Shown one piece after another: positions 12,408 to 22,794 of a stretch of 50,671 nt of DNA. The notes below the pieces were generated by a model. That model searched no databases, was not told where the DNA came from, and saw only the letters and a program-made list of their open reading frames with translations. Within the stretch, counting starts at the first letter, position 1. Each line of letters starts with the position of its first letter. The stretch is taken from contig NW_021834185.1 of assembly GCF_006345805.1 (NCBI RefSeq), positions 1 through 50,671 of the forward strand, written 5' to 3'. The translations under genes and the position numbers were made by a program. The stretch comes from Octopus sinensis (lineage: Eukaryota).

Positions 12408-12615
12408 ATCTCTTTTACTCTTTTACTTGTTTCAGTCATTTGACTGCGGCCATGCTGGAGCACCGCCTTTAGTCGAGCAAATCGACCCTGGGACTTATTC
12501 TTTGCAAGCCCAGTACTTATTCTATCGGTCTCTTTTGCCGAACCGCTAAGTGACGGGGACGTAAACACACCAGCATCGGTTGTCAAGCAATGCTAGGGAG
12601 ACAAACACAGACACA

Positions 12616-12655
<40 letters not shown>

Positions 12656-12822
12656 CATATATACAACGGGCTTCTTTCAGTTTCCGTCTACCAAATCCAC
12701 TCACAAGGCATTGGTCAGCCCGAGGCTATAGCAGAAGGCACTTGCTCAAGATGCCACGCAGTGGGACTGAACCCAGAACCATGTGGTTGGTTAGTAAGCT
12801 ACTTACCACACAACCACTCCTA
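12408..12822 (-). mobile_element. SINE family C, full length
   Basis: Complete head, internal (TG)n/(TA)n and GAGTAAAA tail; near-identical to 20945-21340, 34842-35258 and 49230-49525. Confidence 0.9.
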
Positions 12823-13279
12823 TTGAACACAGGTGGGATTTAAAATCTACCATTGCTGTTTTGGTAGCATTTTATTGGTGCATTCTTTGATTATATCATA
12901 ACGAAAATCCACCATCCTCATGTTTTACCTCACTATGAGCTCACTGCTATGAGACCTAGCCAGAACTGGCATCCTACTTGTTGATATGCCTAGATTCTAC
13001 TGAATCTTGTTGCTAATCTGTGTGTGTGTGTGTGTTATTTCCTCTCTTATCGTAAGATTGTTTTGTGGTAGTGAAATGATTGTCAGTGACATACAGTGTC
13101 CCTCATATCCGATATCCTGTGAGAAACGTGTCTGCCCATGTTGGGGGTGGGGTGGGGCAGTGGAATGTTACCTGTTTTGGAAACAGGTGAGGGTGGGGGA
13201 CAGGAAGGGCATCCAGCCATAAAAAAAAAATTCTGCTTCAGTAAACTCTGAGCCATGCAGGTACGGAAAAGTGAATGTC

Positions 13280-14130
13280 GAAACGATGGTAATGATGACG
13301 ATGATGATGACAACGATGATGACAACAATGATAATTATGATGATGATGTTAATGATGATGATGAGGACGATGATCAAAATAATGATGATGAAGATGAGGA
13401 TGATGATGAGGATGAGGATGAAAATGATGATGATGATGATGACAATGATGATGATGACAATGATAATTATGATGATGGTGATGATGATGATGAGGAGGAG
13501 GACGATGATGAAAATGATGATGATGATGATGATGATGACGACAATGATAATTATGATGATGGTGATGATGATGATGAGGAGGAGGACGATGGTGAAAATG
13601 ATGATGATGATGATGATGATGATGACGACAATGATAATTATGATGATGGTGATGATGATGAGGAGGAGGAGGACGATGATGAAAATGATGATGATGATGA
13701 TGATGATGATGACGACAATGATAATTATGATGATGGTGATGATGATGATGAGGAGGAGGACGATGGTGAAAATGATGATGATGATGATGATGATGACAAT
13801 GATAATTATGATGATGATGATGATGAAGATAATGGTGATGATGAGGACGATGATGAAAATAATGATGATGATGATGAGGAGGAGGAGGAGGAGGACGATG
13901 GTGATGATGATGATGATGAGGATGAGGACGATGATGATGGTGATGATGGTGATGATGATGATGAGGACGATGATGATGGTGATGATGATGATGAGGATGA
14001 GAATGATGAGGAAAATAATGATGATGATGACGATGACAATGATAATTATGATGATAATGATGATGAGGAGGACAATGATTAAAAGGATGATGATGATGAT
14101 GATGATGATGACAATAACAATGATGATGGT
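13280..14130. repeat. About 850-bp (GAT)n-derived array with approximately 80-90-bp higher-order units, directly after a family D-like 3' end
   Basis: Unit GACAATGATAATTATGATGATGGTGAT...GAGGAGGAGGACGATG(A/G)TGAAAAT repeated about 5 times; preceded by GGAAAAGTGAATGTCGAAACGATG. Confidence 0.9.
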
Positions 14131-14196
14131 TTGTTGTTTTGAGCTTTGTTTTTGATTTTTTTTACTTTTTTAATTTATAGCCAACCTCCATTCAAG

Positions 14197-14298
14197 ATGT
14201 CGACCAAAAAGAGCCGAAAGGGAAAGCGGAACCGCACGCAGCGGTACACGTCCAATGTGTTTGCCATGTTCAACCAAGCACAAATTCAGGAATTCAAG
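14197..14298 (+). CDS. sqh: Myosin II regulatory light chain (non-muscle/smooth type), coding exon 1 (34 aa)
   Basis: MSTKKSRKGKRNRTQRYTSNVFAMFNQAQIQEFK, with the phosphorylatable TS-NVFAMF motif; acceptor TTTATAG at 14180 (so an upstream non-coding exon is expected) and GT donor at 14299, phase 0. Confidence 0.95.
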
Positions 14299-14329
14299 GT
14301 TGGTAAAACAATCAATCATGGTTTTATTT

Positions 14330-14715
14330 TGTCTTTTATTTTTTTTTCTTGTTTCAGATATTGGACTATGGCCATGCTGGGGCATTGCCTTCAATAGATT
14401 TGTCCAAAAAATCGACCCCAGTAGCTTAATTTTTCCCTTAAAATCTGGTGCTTATTCTACTGGTCTCCTTCGCAGAAAGTTACATGGATGTAAAAAAACC
14501 AACACTTTTTGCTGAGCAGTTGGGTTAGGACAAACAAAACAAAGACACCCAAACATAGAAACACACACATTCATTTACACAACAGGCTTCCATTCAGTTT
14601 CCATCAACCAAATTTACTCACGAGGCTTTGGCTAGTGTGAGGCTGTAGTAGAAGACACTTGTCCAAGGTGCCACACAGTGGGACTGAACCTAGGACCATG
14701 TGATTGGGAAGTGAG
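14330..14715 (-). mobile_element. Diverged SINE family C in intron 1, facing a + copy at about 14823-15200
   Basis: Recognisable family C sequence in opposite orientations within intron 1. Confidence 0.75.
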
Positions 14716-15216
14716 TCAATAAAATAAGGACCAGTGAATTACTGGGGTCGATGCAATTCATTTGCTCCTTCTTCTCAAAATTGCTGACCTTGTGCTAAAA
14801 TTAGAAAAAATGATATAAATAGGCACAGGTGTGGCCGTGTGGTAAGAGGCTTGTTTCCCAGTCATGTGGTTCTGGGTTCAATCCCACTGCATGATGCCTT
14901 TGGTAAGTGTCTTCTGTTATAGTCTTGGACTGACCAAAGCCTTGTGATTTGGTAGACAGAAACTGAAAGAAGCCCATCATATCTATATATATGTGTGTGT
15001 GTGTGTGTGTCTGTCACTCACCACCAGTTTACAACCACAGTTGGTGTGTTTATGTCCTCATAACTTAGTGGTTTGGCAAAAGAGACTGATAGAACGAGTA
15101 CTAGACTATTAAATCAAAAAGTCTTAAGGTCAATTTGTTTGACTAAAACCTTTCAAGGCAGTTCGAACGACTGAAATATGTAAAAAGTAAAAGAATGATG
15201 ATGATGTTGAAGATGA

Positions 15217-15250
<34 letters not shown>

Positions 15251-15508
15251 GGTGATGATGATGATTATGATGATAGTGGTGGTGGCAGCGGCGATGGTGG
15301 TGATGATGATTATGATGATGATGATGGTGGTGGTGATAATGATGATTGTGATGATGATGATGATAATCCTTTCTACTAAAGGCACAAGAGCCTGAAATTT
15401 TGTGGGGAGGGGACTAGTCTCTTACATTGACCCCCAGTGTTTCACTGGTACTTATTTTATCGCTGTTAAAAGGATGAAAGATAAGTCGACCTTATAACAA
15501 TAATTATG

Positions 15509-15550
<42 letters not shown>

Positions 15551-15553
<3 letters not shown>

Positions 15554-16122
15554 TTGTTGTATTTCGGAATGGTCATTTTGCCAGTTTAGTCAATAAAAAC
15601 ACACACTATATATTTGGTGTTACTTTCCTTCAGTGTTATTTATTTTTTACATTAAACTTAATCTTTTTTCGGCCAGAGTTCTTTCGTCACACTTCTGTGA
15701 CCTCATCAGTGGTCCTTTGCTTTCTTCTTTCTTATTTATGTGTCTCTCCTTATTAACTGTCAGCCATTATACGAACGTATATAAACAGGAGATACAAATA
15801 TTACAGGCATCCCCCCCCACACACACACACAAACTAACTAAACATAGACGCACATAGAGATATACGCATGCGCAAATGAAGACACATACAATAGAAATAC
15901 AAAATGGCTGATGGTTAGTAAGGAGAGACACACAAATAAGAAAGAAGAAAGCAAAGGACCACTGATGAAGTCACAGGAGTGTGACGAAAGAACTCTGGCC
16001 GAAATAAAATTAAGATTAATGTAAAAAATAAATAACACTGAAGGAAAGTAACACCAAATATATAGTGCATATGTTTTTATTGGCTAAACTGGCAAAATGA
16101 CCATTCCGAAATACAACAATAT
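15551..16122. repeat. Long inverted repeat in myosin light chain intron 1, about 218-bp arms (15551-15768 / 15903-16122)
   Basis: ATATTGTTGTATTTCGGAATGG...CAGCCATT mirrored by AATGGCTG...CCATTCCGAAATACAACAATAT; similar peptides on both strands in the ORF track. Confidence 0.95.
15959..15998 (+). ncRNA. Putative minimal hammerhead ribozyme (mirror copy on - strand at 15673-15712)
   Basis: CCA-CUGAUGA-A-GUCAC-AGGAGU-GUGAC-GAAAG-AA-CUC/UGG. Helix I is only 3 bp. Confidence 0.55.
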
Positions 16123-16212
16123 CTGTTTCAACACACGATTTCACAACAAAAATCTTGCAAAGCAAATATATGATAATAATAATAATAATAATAATAATAA
16201 TTTCTCTTGCAG

Positions 16213-16453
16213 GAAGCTTTCAACATAATTGATCAGAACAGAGACGGTTATGTTGACAAAGATGATTTGCTGGACATCCAGACATCTCTTGGCAAAAACC
16301 CCACAGAAGATGAGGCTGATATGATGATTAACATGGCCCCTGGTCCCATCAATTTCACAATGTTCCTTACATTGTTCGGTGAAAAACTTAATGGTACAGA
16401 CCCTGAAGATGTGATCAAAAATGCTTTCGCTTGTTTTGATTTTGAAAATTCAG
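16213..16453 (+). CDS. sqh: Myosin regulatory light chain coding exon 2 (EF-hand 1 [12 protein letters not shown])
   Basis: [19 protein letters not shown]...[33 protein letters not shown]; acceptor TTTCTCTTGCAG, donor GTAAAC at 16454, phase 1. Confidence 0.97.
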
Positions 16454-16508
16454 GTAAACAGGCTTTGAGCTTTTGTTTTGCTTTTTTTATCATCAAATTT
16501 GTGTAGCT

Positions 16509-16680
16509 CAGTGGTTCTCAACTGGGGTCCACATGAGCCTTGGGGGTTCACATGTGCTTTGGGGGTCCACATGAGCCTTGGCGGTTCACATGTGCTTTGG
16601 GGGTCCACATGAACCTTAGGGGTCCATATGAGCCTTGGGGTTCCCATGAACCTTGGGCGTCCATATGAGTACCTCACCTA
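16509..16680 (+). mobile_element. hAT (Charlie/Buster-type) terminus with an approximately 20-bp subterminal tandem repeat
   Basis: Begins CAGTGGTTCTCAAC after the 8-mer GTGTAGCT (nnnTAnnn); about 7 copies of GGGGTCCACATGAGCCTTG variants. Confidence 0.6.
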
Positions 16681-17047
16681 GGGGACACATAGGAATAATG
16701 TCAAAATTAGAAAGGCAAAGATGATGATGGTGATGATGATGATCCACATTTAATGTCCATTTTCCATGCTGGCATATGTAGGATGGCTTGACAGGAGTTG
16801 GCAAGCCAGAGAATCGCACCAGATTCCATTTGCCTGTTTTGGCATGATTCTCACAGCTGAATGCCCTTCCTAACACCAACCATTTTACAGAGTGTATTGA
16901 GTGCGTTATATGTGGCACTGGCTTGTGTACATTTTACATGGCACCAGCACCCACACTGATGCTTTTTATGCGGCCCCCTTGGTTTTAGGATCTCATTTCT
17001 GTTATGGTGGGCAAGTCTTCTAATAATAACAATAATTTCTATTGTAG

Positions 17048-17092
17048 GAAGTTTTCAATATAATTGACCCAAACAGAAATGGTTACGTTGAA
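17048..17092 (+). pseudogene. Degenerate partial duplicate of myosin light chain exon 2, with acceptor
   Basis: AATAATTTCTATTGTAG|GAA GTT TTC AAT ATA ATT GAC CCA AAC AGA AAT GGT TAC GTT GAA (EVFNIIDPNRNGYVE) versus [15 protein letters not shown]; 36/45 nt identical. Confidence 0.85.
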
Positions 17093-17480
17093 GCATCGTA
17101 CAAACAATAACTCTGAGCACCTTTTCAAACTCCACCCATCTAACACCCGTGGACATATTTACAAAGTCAGAAAACAGCACAGCTCCCATGACTTCAGGAA
17201 ACATTTTTTCCCGCTGAGAGTTGCTGAAGCATGGAACAAACTGCCGGCATCAGTTGTTAGTTGTCGGAGCACTGCATCCTTCAAAACTTCCATGCTTCCT
17301 GAGATTCGCCAACACTACACCTGATTTTCTCCCCTCCATACACACACAAGCATGTATCTGACTCATACACTGTTCACTTCCCAGACATTTATATATTACT
17401 GCATGTACTTTATATGCACTCTCTGACAAGTTGTGGTGCACCTGAGCACTGGATACAATAATTTCATTATTATATTATTA
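17093..17480 (+). mobile_element. 3' end of a CR1-type LINE with (TTA)n tail
   Basis: LFKLHPSNTRGHIYKVRKQHSSHDFRKHFFPLRVAEAWNKLPASVV, the typical CR1 ORF2 C-terminus. Confidence 0.85.
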
Positions 17481-17526
17481 TAAACAATTCCAGTTATTTC
17501 CTCTTTGATTTGTCTCCCACTTTTAG

Positions 17527-17741
17527 GTCACATCAATGAAGACTATCTGCGAGAATGTCTTGTTACTATGGGAGACCGGTGGTCCGAAGAAATGGTCGAT
17601 GAGCTCTTCCACGGTGCTCCAATCAAAGGCGGCAAGTTTGACTACCTTGAGTTCACAAGAACTCTGAAACATGGTGCCAATGAGAAAGAAGATGAAATTC
17701 CCACAATACAGCAACCTCCAGTTAACCAATCAGAAACCTGA
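17527..17741 (+). CDS. sqh: Myosin regulatory light chain terminal coding exon
   Basis: Phase-1 acceptor CTTTTAG|GT; [19 protein letters not shown]...[34 protein letters not shown]. Exons sum to 558 nt = 185 aa + stop. Confidence 0.96.
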
Positions 17742-17803
17742 ACTGGTTTTAGCTTTAATTATTTTTTTTTAACGAGGACTTTTATCTTTTTTTTTTTTCT
17801 TTT

Positions 17804-17809
17804 AATAAA
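17804..17809 (+). promoter_or_regulatory. Candidate polyadenylation signal AATAAA
   Basis: First AATAAA about 60 nt after the stop, in a T-rich context. Confidence 0.5.
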
Positions 17810-17861
17810 TCCATGAAATAATGCTGTTCTTTTGTTCTGTTTCAAAATTATCTTGTATTAC

Positions 17862-18500
17862 CACATTATCATCATTGTTCGACCATGGTCGAGACAATGG
17901 AATTTACCAGGCTACGCCAGACTTCACGGTCCATCATGGCATTACGGAGGTCCTGTTGCTGGATGCCTGTATCCCTGGAGATTACATCAGGGTAGGAGAG
18001 TGTGCGCCCTCTAGTATCACAAGTAGATGGCTTCCAGAGGAGAAGAGTAGAAATTACCTCTTTTTCAGCTCTACAACAATGTCCAGCAAACTGGACTCTC
18101 CTACCTTTCACAAGAGACAATGGAATTTACCATGCTACGCCAGACTTCACGGTCCATCATGGCATTACAGAGGTCCTGTTGCTGGATGCCTGTATCCCTG
18201 GAGATTACATCAGGGTAGGAGAGTGTGCGCCCTCTGGTATTGCGAGTAGATGGCTTCCAGAGGAGAAGAGGAGAAATTACTTCTTTTTCAGCTCTACAAC
18301 AATGTCCAGCAAACTGGACTCTCCTACCTTTCACAAGAGATGACACAGGTGGTAGTTTCCCATATATTTGCATTTTGGTTGGATGACGCTTCCACGAGAG
18401 ATTTTGAGCTCTCATAAGGAGGCGAGTGTAGGTTCCATCCAACCGCCTCTCAAGCTTCTTTGATAACGTCCAGGTTTATGAGCCATATAGTAGAATTGGT
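17862..18500 (-). mobile_element. RTE-X-type LINE 3' fragment containing a 223-bp tandem duplication
   Basis: DGTYTRLLMRAQNLSWKRH...GRRVQFAGHCCR...LLWKP...DREVWR; units 17891-18113 and 18114-18336. Confidence 0.85.
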
Positions 18501-18864
18501 TCGACTGTGGCTTTGAAGATTTCAAGTTTGAAGTCTCTACTTAGATTTGATGACCAGATCTTATGCATGTCATTATGCATTACCACACACACACACACAT
18601 ACATACACATGTAAATATACATGTGTGTATATATGCAGAAACCATATTATATATATGAATATGTCCCCACATATGCATGCACACACACATACATACATAC
18701 ATACATAGACACATACATTGAGATTAACAATGCTACCAATCGTTTCATGCAGAAAGAATTTAAGAGTTTCTACAATTTTTCAAGTGTTCCACACAATGTG
18801 TATACACACATACATATATACTTCTTTCTCACTCCTCCCCACCCATTATGCTTCTGTCTTTCTT

Positions 18865-18900
18865 TCTTCTGATGAAGGACTAACATCCAAAATGTCAAGA
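18865..18900 (+). ncRNA. Decayed hammerhead ribozyme motif (probably inactive)
   Basis: UCUU-CUGAUGA-A-GGA-CUAACA-UCC-AAAAU-GUC/AAGA; differs from CGAAACGUC by two CpG-type transitions. Confidence 0.5.
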
Positions 18901-19160
18901 CACTCTCTCCCCATTAAAGCGTTTCACTAATACCAGATTTGTCAAATCTTGTTCTTCCTGAGTTGCCCTTTTTATTGCTTATAGTCTCTACATATGTATA
19001 TGTGCATGTGTATTTTCATATACAGGGTGTGACAGAAAGGTTGCCCCGATTTCAAAGGCTAATTTAAAAGAACACATGAAAATACAAGAAAAAATCGATA
19101 CTCTCCACTCCAGGCCATGATGGGTACTACCTGAAACAGGGGGAAAAAAATGGCATTTAA

Positions 19161-19631
19161 CCCTTTTGTTACTGTATTTATTTTGAGATGCTCTGTGTTT
19201 CTTTCAATTACTTTAAATATAACAAAGAATTTAGTAAAATAATTTAGTTATCATTAAGCTAGTGTTATGAACATAAATTATGACTAAGATTTGGTGGAAG
19301 ATTTTAATTCAAAACTTATGAAAACAAGACATTTGTACTCAGAGCCAGAGCCGGTTTCACCCAGGTTGGTAATGAAAGGATTAAGAATTGTTTTTTTATT
19401 ACATATTTTAACCCTTTTCTTACCATATTTCTGCTGAGATGCTCTGTGTTTCTTTCAATTACTTTAAATATAACAAAGAATTTAGTAAAATAATTTAGTT
19501 ATCATTAAGTTGGTGTTACGAACATAAATTGTGACTAAGATTTGGTGGAAGATTTTAATTCAAAACTTATGAAAACAATACATTTGTACTCAAAGCCAGA
19601 GCCGGTTTCAGCCGGGTTGGTAACGAAAGGG
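19161..19631. mobile_element. Two tandem 220-bp piggyBac-type MITEs (19161-19380 and 19412-19631)
   Basis: Each is bounded by TTAA with CCCTTT...AAAGG(G/A) termini; internal sequences near-identical. Confidence 0.8.
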
Positions 19632-20280
19632 TTAATGAACTTCATAGAAAAACAAAGTTTTTTCATGCATCTTCATGTGTTTGTGTTTTATTAACCTTTC
19701 AAATCATGGCAATCTTTCTGCTGCGCCCCTGTATATGTAGGTTTGCATATATAGTGATGGCTACTTGACATGGGCATGCTATGTATGTAGATGATGCCAG
19801 GGGGAGAAGAAATGTCAGGATATCCATGTGGAAGGAACCAGAAGATGGAGAAGAAGGACAGAAAAGGTGAAGGCTGATCTCAGGAAGGTTAAACTTACAA
19901 AAGAGATGAGAAAGGAATGCAGCAAGTGACAGGATCCAGTGTCAGTGACAACTCATCCAACCCATGCAAGCAAAGAAAAATGGATGTAAAATGATTATAT
20001 CTTTTACCTTTTATTTATTTCAGTCATTAGACCGTGGCCATGCTGAGGCACCACCCTGAAGAATTTTTAGTTGAATGAATCGATGCCAACACTTATTTTT
20101 TTTCTAAGTCTGGTACCTATTCTATCAGTTTCTTTTGCTGAACTGCTAAGTTACAGGGCCATAAACACACCAACAACAGCTGTCAAGGGGTGGGGGTGGA
20201 GGAGCAAATGCAGACACAAAAACATATACTCAAATATATATGTATATGTGTGTAGATATATATATATATATATATATATA

Positions 20281-20498
20281 TAAATTTGAAAAAAAAACAC
20301 CTTTTATCAATTCAAAATGAACAATTAAATTACACCATCTAGAAAATATATACGTTTTTATTATTATTTTGCAATTTACTTAATCATCGGTATATTATTG
20401 TTATTTTAATTTTAATATTTCTATTATATGTAATTTTCTAGATGGTGTAACTTAATTGTTCATTTTGAATTGATAAAAGGTGGTTTTTTTCTAATTTA
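20281..20498. repeat. Fold-back inverted repeat, about 65-bp arms, flanked by (TA)n on both sides
   Basis: CACCTTTTATCAATTCAAAATGAACAATTAA...CACCATCTAGAAAA mirrored at 20434-20498. Confidence 0.9.
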
Positions 20499-20944
20499 TA
20501 TATATATACACTATGGGCTTCTTTCAGTTTCCGTCTACTAAATCCACTCAAGGCTTTGGTTGGCCCAAGGCTATAATACAATGCACTTGCCTAACTGCTG
20601 GTACCACATAAAAAGCACCCATGCTGCTGCCACATATAAGGCATTTGTGCTGGTTTCATGTAGAAAACTCTTTATAAAGTGGTTGGCATTAGGAATGGCG
20701 TCCAACAGTTGAAACCTTGCCAAAACAGACAATTGGAATATGGTGCAGCCCTCCAGCCTTCCCAGCTTCTGTCAAGCCGTCCAACCCAGGTCAGCAGTAA
20801 ATGATGATGATGATGATGGTGATGGTGATGATGTTATAAAAAAATATTTTGTTTGGTTGAGAAGTTAGCTTCCAATTGTTCCAAGTTTTTTAAAGACACA
20901 TGTCTTATGAATGGATCTTGTATGCGGAAACTAAAAGAAGCCTG

Positions 20945-21112
20945 TTGTGTGTGGCTGTGTGTTAAGTAGCTTGCTAACCAACCACATGGTTCCGGGTTCA
21001 GTCCCACTGCGTGGCATCTTGGGCAAGTGTCTTCTGCTATAGCCCCGGGCCGACCAATGCCTTGTGAGTGGATTTGGTAGACAGAAACTGAAAGAAGCCT
21101 GTCGTATATATG

Positions 21113-21149
<37 letters not shown>

Positions 21150-21340
21150 ATGTGTTTGTCCCCCTAGCATTGCTTGACAACCGATGTTGGTGTGTTTACG
21201 TCCCCGTCACTTAGCAGTTCGGCAAAAGAGACCAATAGAATAAGTACTGGGCTTACAAAGAATAAGTCCCGGGGTCGATTTGCTCGACTAAAGGCGGTGC
21301 TCCAGCATGGCCACAGTCAAATGACTGAAACAAGTAAAAG
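20945..21340 (+). mobile_element. SINE family C, full length
   Basis: Complete head-to-tail match with the other copies; further partial copies at about 19990, 20505, 21630, 27540, 27960, 29860, 31905 and 48570. Confidence 0.9.
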
Positions 21341-22794
21341 ATATATATATATATAAAGGGGTTTGTATGATTGTGTATAGAGGGATATATATTATTCAAA
21401 GAAAATCCAACTCTGTTTTTTACGTTTTATTTATATTCTTTATAATATTAATGTAGAATATAGAATATATAGTATAAATAGTATATATAATAAAATGAAA
21501 TGAAGTATTGATTGTCTTATTGAATAGATGAAATATTGAATATCAAATATTAAGGGACTAGTATACTTTCTTGCATTAAAGCAGTCTTCAAGGTCCCAAG
21601 TTGTGACAGGAGTGTTTCAACTATATATATATATGTATATATCTATGTGTGTGTGTGTCTTTGTGTCTGTGTTCACCCCACCCCATCATCACTTGACAAC
21701 TGGTGTTGGTGTGTTCATGTCCCCTTAACTCAGCCGTTTGGCAAAGAGACCAATGGAAATAAGTACTAGGCTTAAAAACAAACCATTGTCAAATTGTTCG
21801 ACAAAAACCCTTCGAGGTCGTGCTCCAGCGTGGCCTCAGTCAAATGACTGAAACAAGTAAAAGAATAAAAGAATTAAAACAATGGAAGTTACAAAGAATT
21901 ATAATAAAAATATGTATTTATTTATATTTACAAAATTTTTTCAACTTTGTATTTTTTTCCTCTCTCCTCCTCCTCTTCCTCCTCCCCAACAACAGTTTGA
22001 TTCATATTATATAAAGTCACAACAGTCTCTCTCTTTTATAAATATATATGTATTTACATTAAAATAGCATTTTTTTTTTTTCAATTTCACTTTTAATTTT
22101 CAAACTGACAAGTCTGTGTCCAAGCCTCACTGTGGTGACCAAAGCTGCTCAATAAAGGGAATGGAAACTAATCCTTGGGGGTCTTCACAATGTAGATCAT
22201 GCAAATCAGAGAACATTCATATAATTGTTGTTTGGCCCTAGGTCAGTCCTGATTGAATAGATCTATGATCAAAGGCATTTCAGATATGACCATCCTGTTT
22301 TTTTTTCTTTTTAACACAGTGTGTCTAGGACTAACATTATCTAATGTGCTCTTTCTTTAAATTATGGTATGTAATGTGTAGAAGATTTAGCTGCTATTTC
22401 TAGCATATCAAGTAACTACACAAAGACTGCCTCCAATATATCTGCTGAATGTAAGAGTTCAATCTCTTTCAACAAACTTTTTAATCTTTCTGTCTTTAAG
22501 TTGGTGAATCACATATTTTGGTGTGACTATTTCTGAAGACTGCCTGGCACCACAGCTTTTGATAAAATACTGATCAAAGAATGGTGTCCTAGTGAAATAG
22601 ATATGCTTGATGGTAACCAATAATCTAGATGATGTCTGATCTCTGCATGTCTAGACTGTTGGATCATCAGACTTGTGTGCCGTACCTTAGCTTAGCTCTT
22701 GAGAAGTTACTATTGTCTCTTTGGTATTTTTGAAACGGAGCTAACCACAGCCACTGAAGAATACTGAAATAACAGAAAAAAAAGAAATGAATGA

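Noticed and set aside
13255-14082. 275-aa poly-Asp/Glu ORF resembling acidic molluscan biomineral proteins
   Set aside because: GAT repeats are open in several frames on both strands, and the array grows out of a retroposon tail; no signal peptide or splice support.
19021-19075. TACAGGGTGT start resembling a Tc1/mariner TIR
   Set aside because: No partner TIR or transposase sequence found.
22755-22780. CTGAAGA...GAAA hammerhead-like core, and similar partial hits at about 5295, 27045, 29285 and 50115
   Set aside because: No helix II or no helix I/NUH pairing; treated as chance matches.
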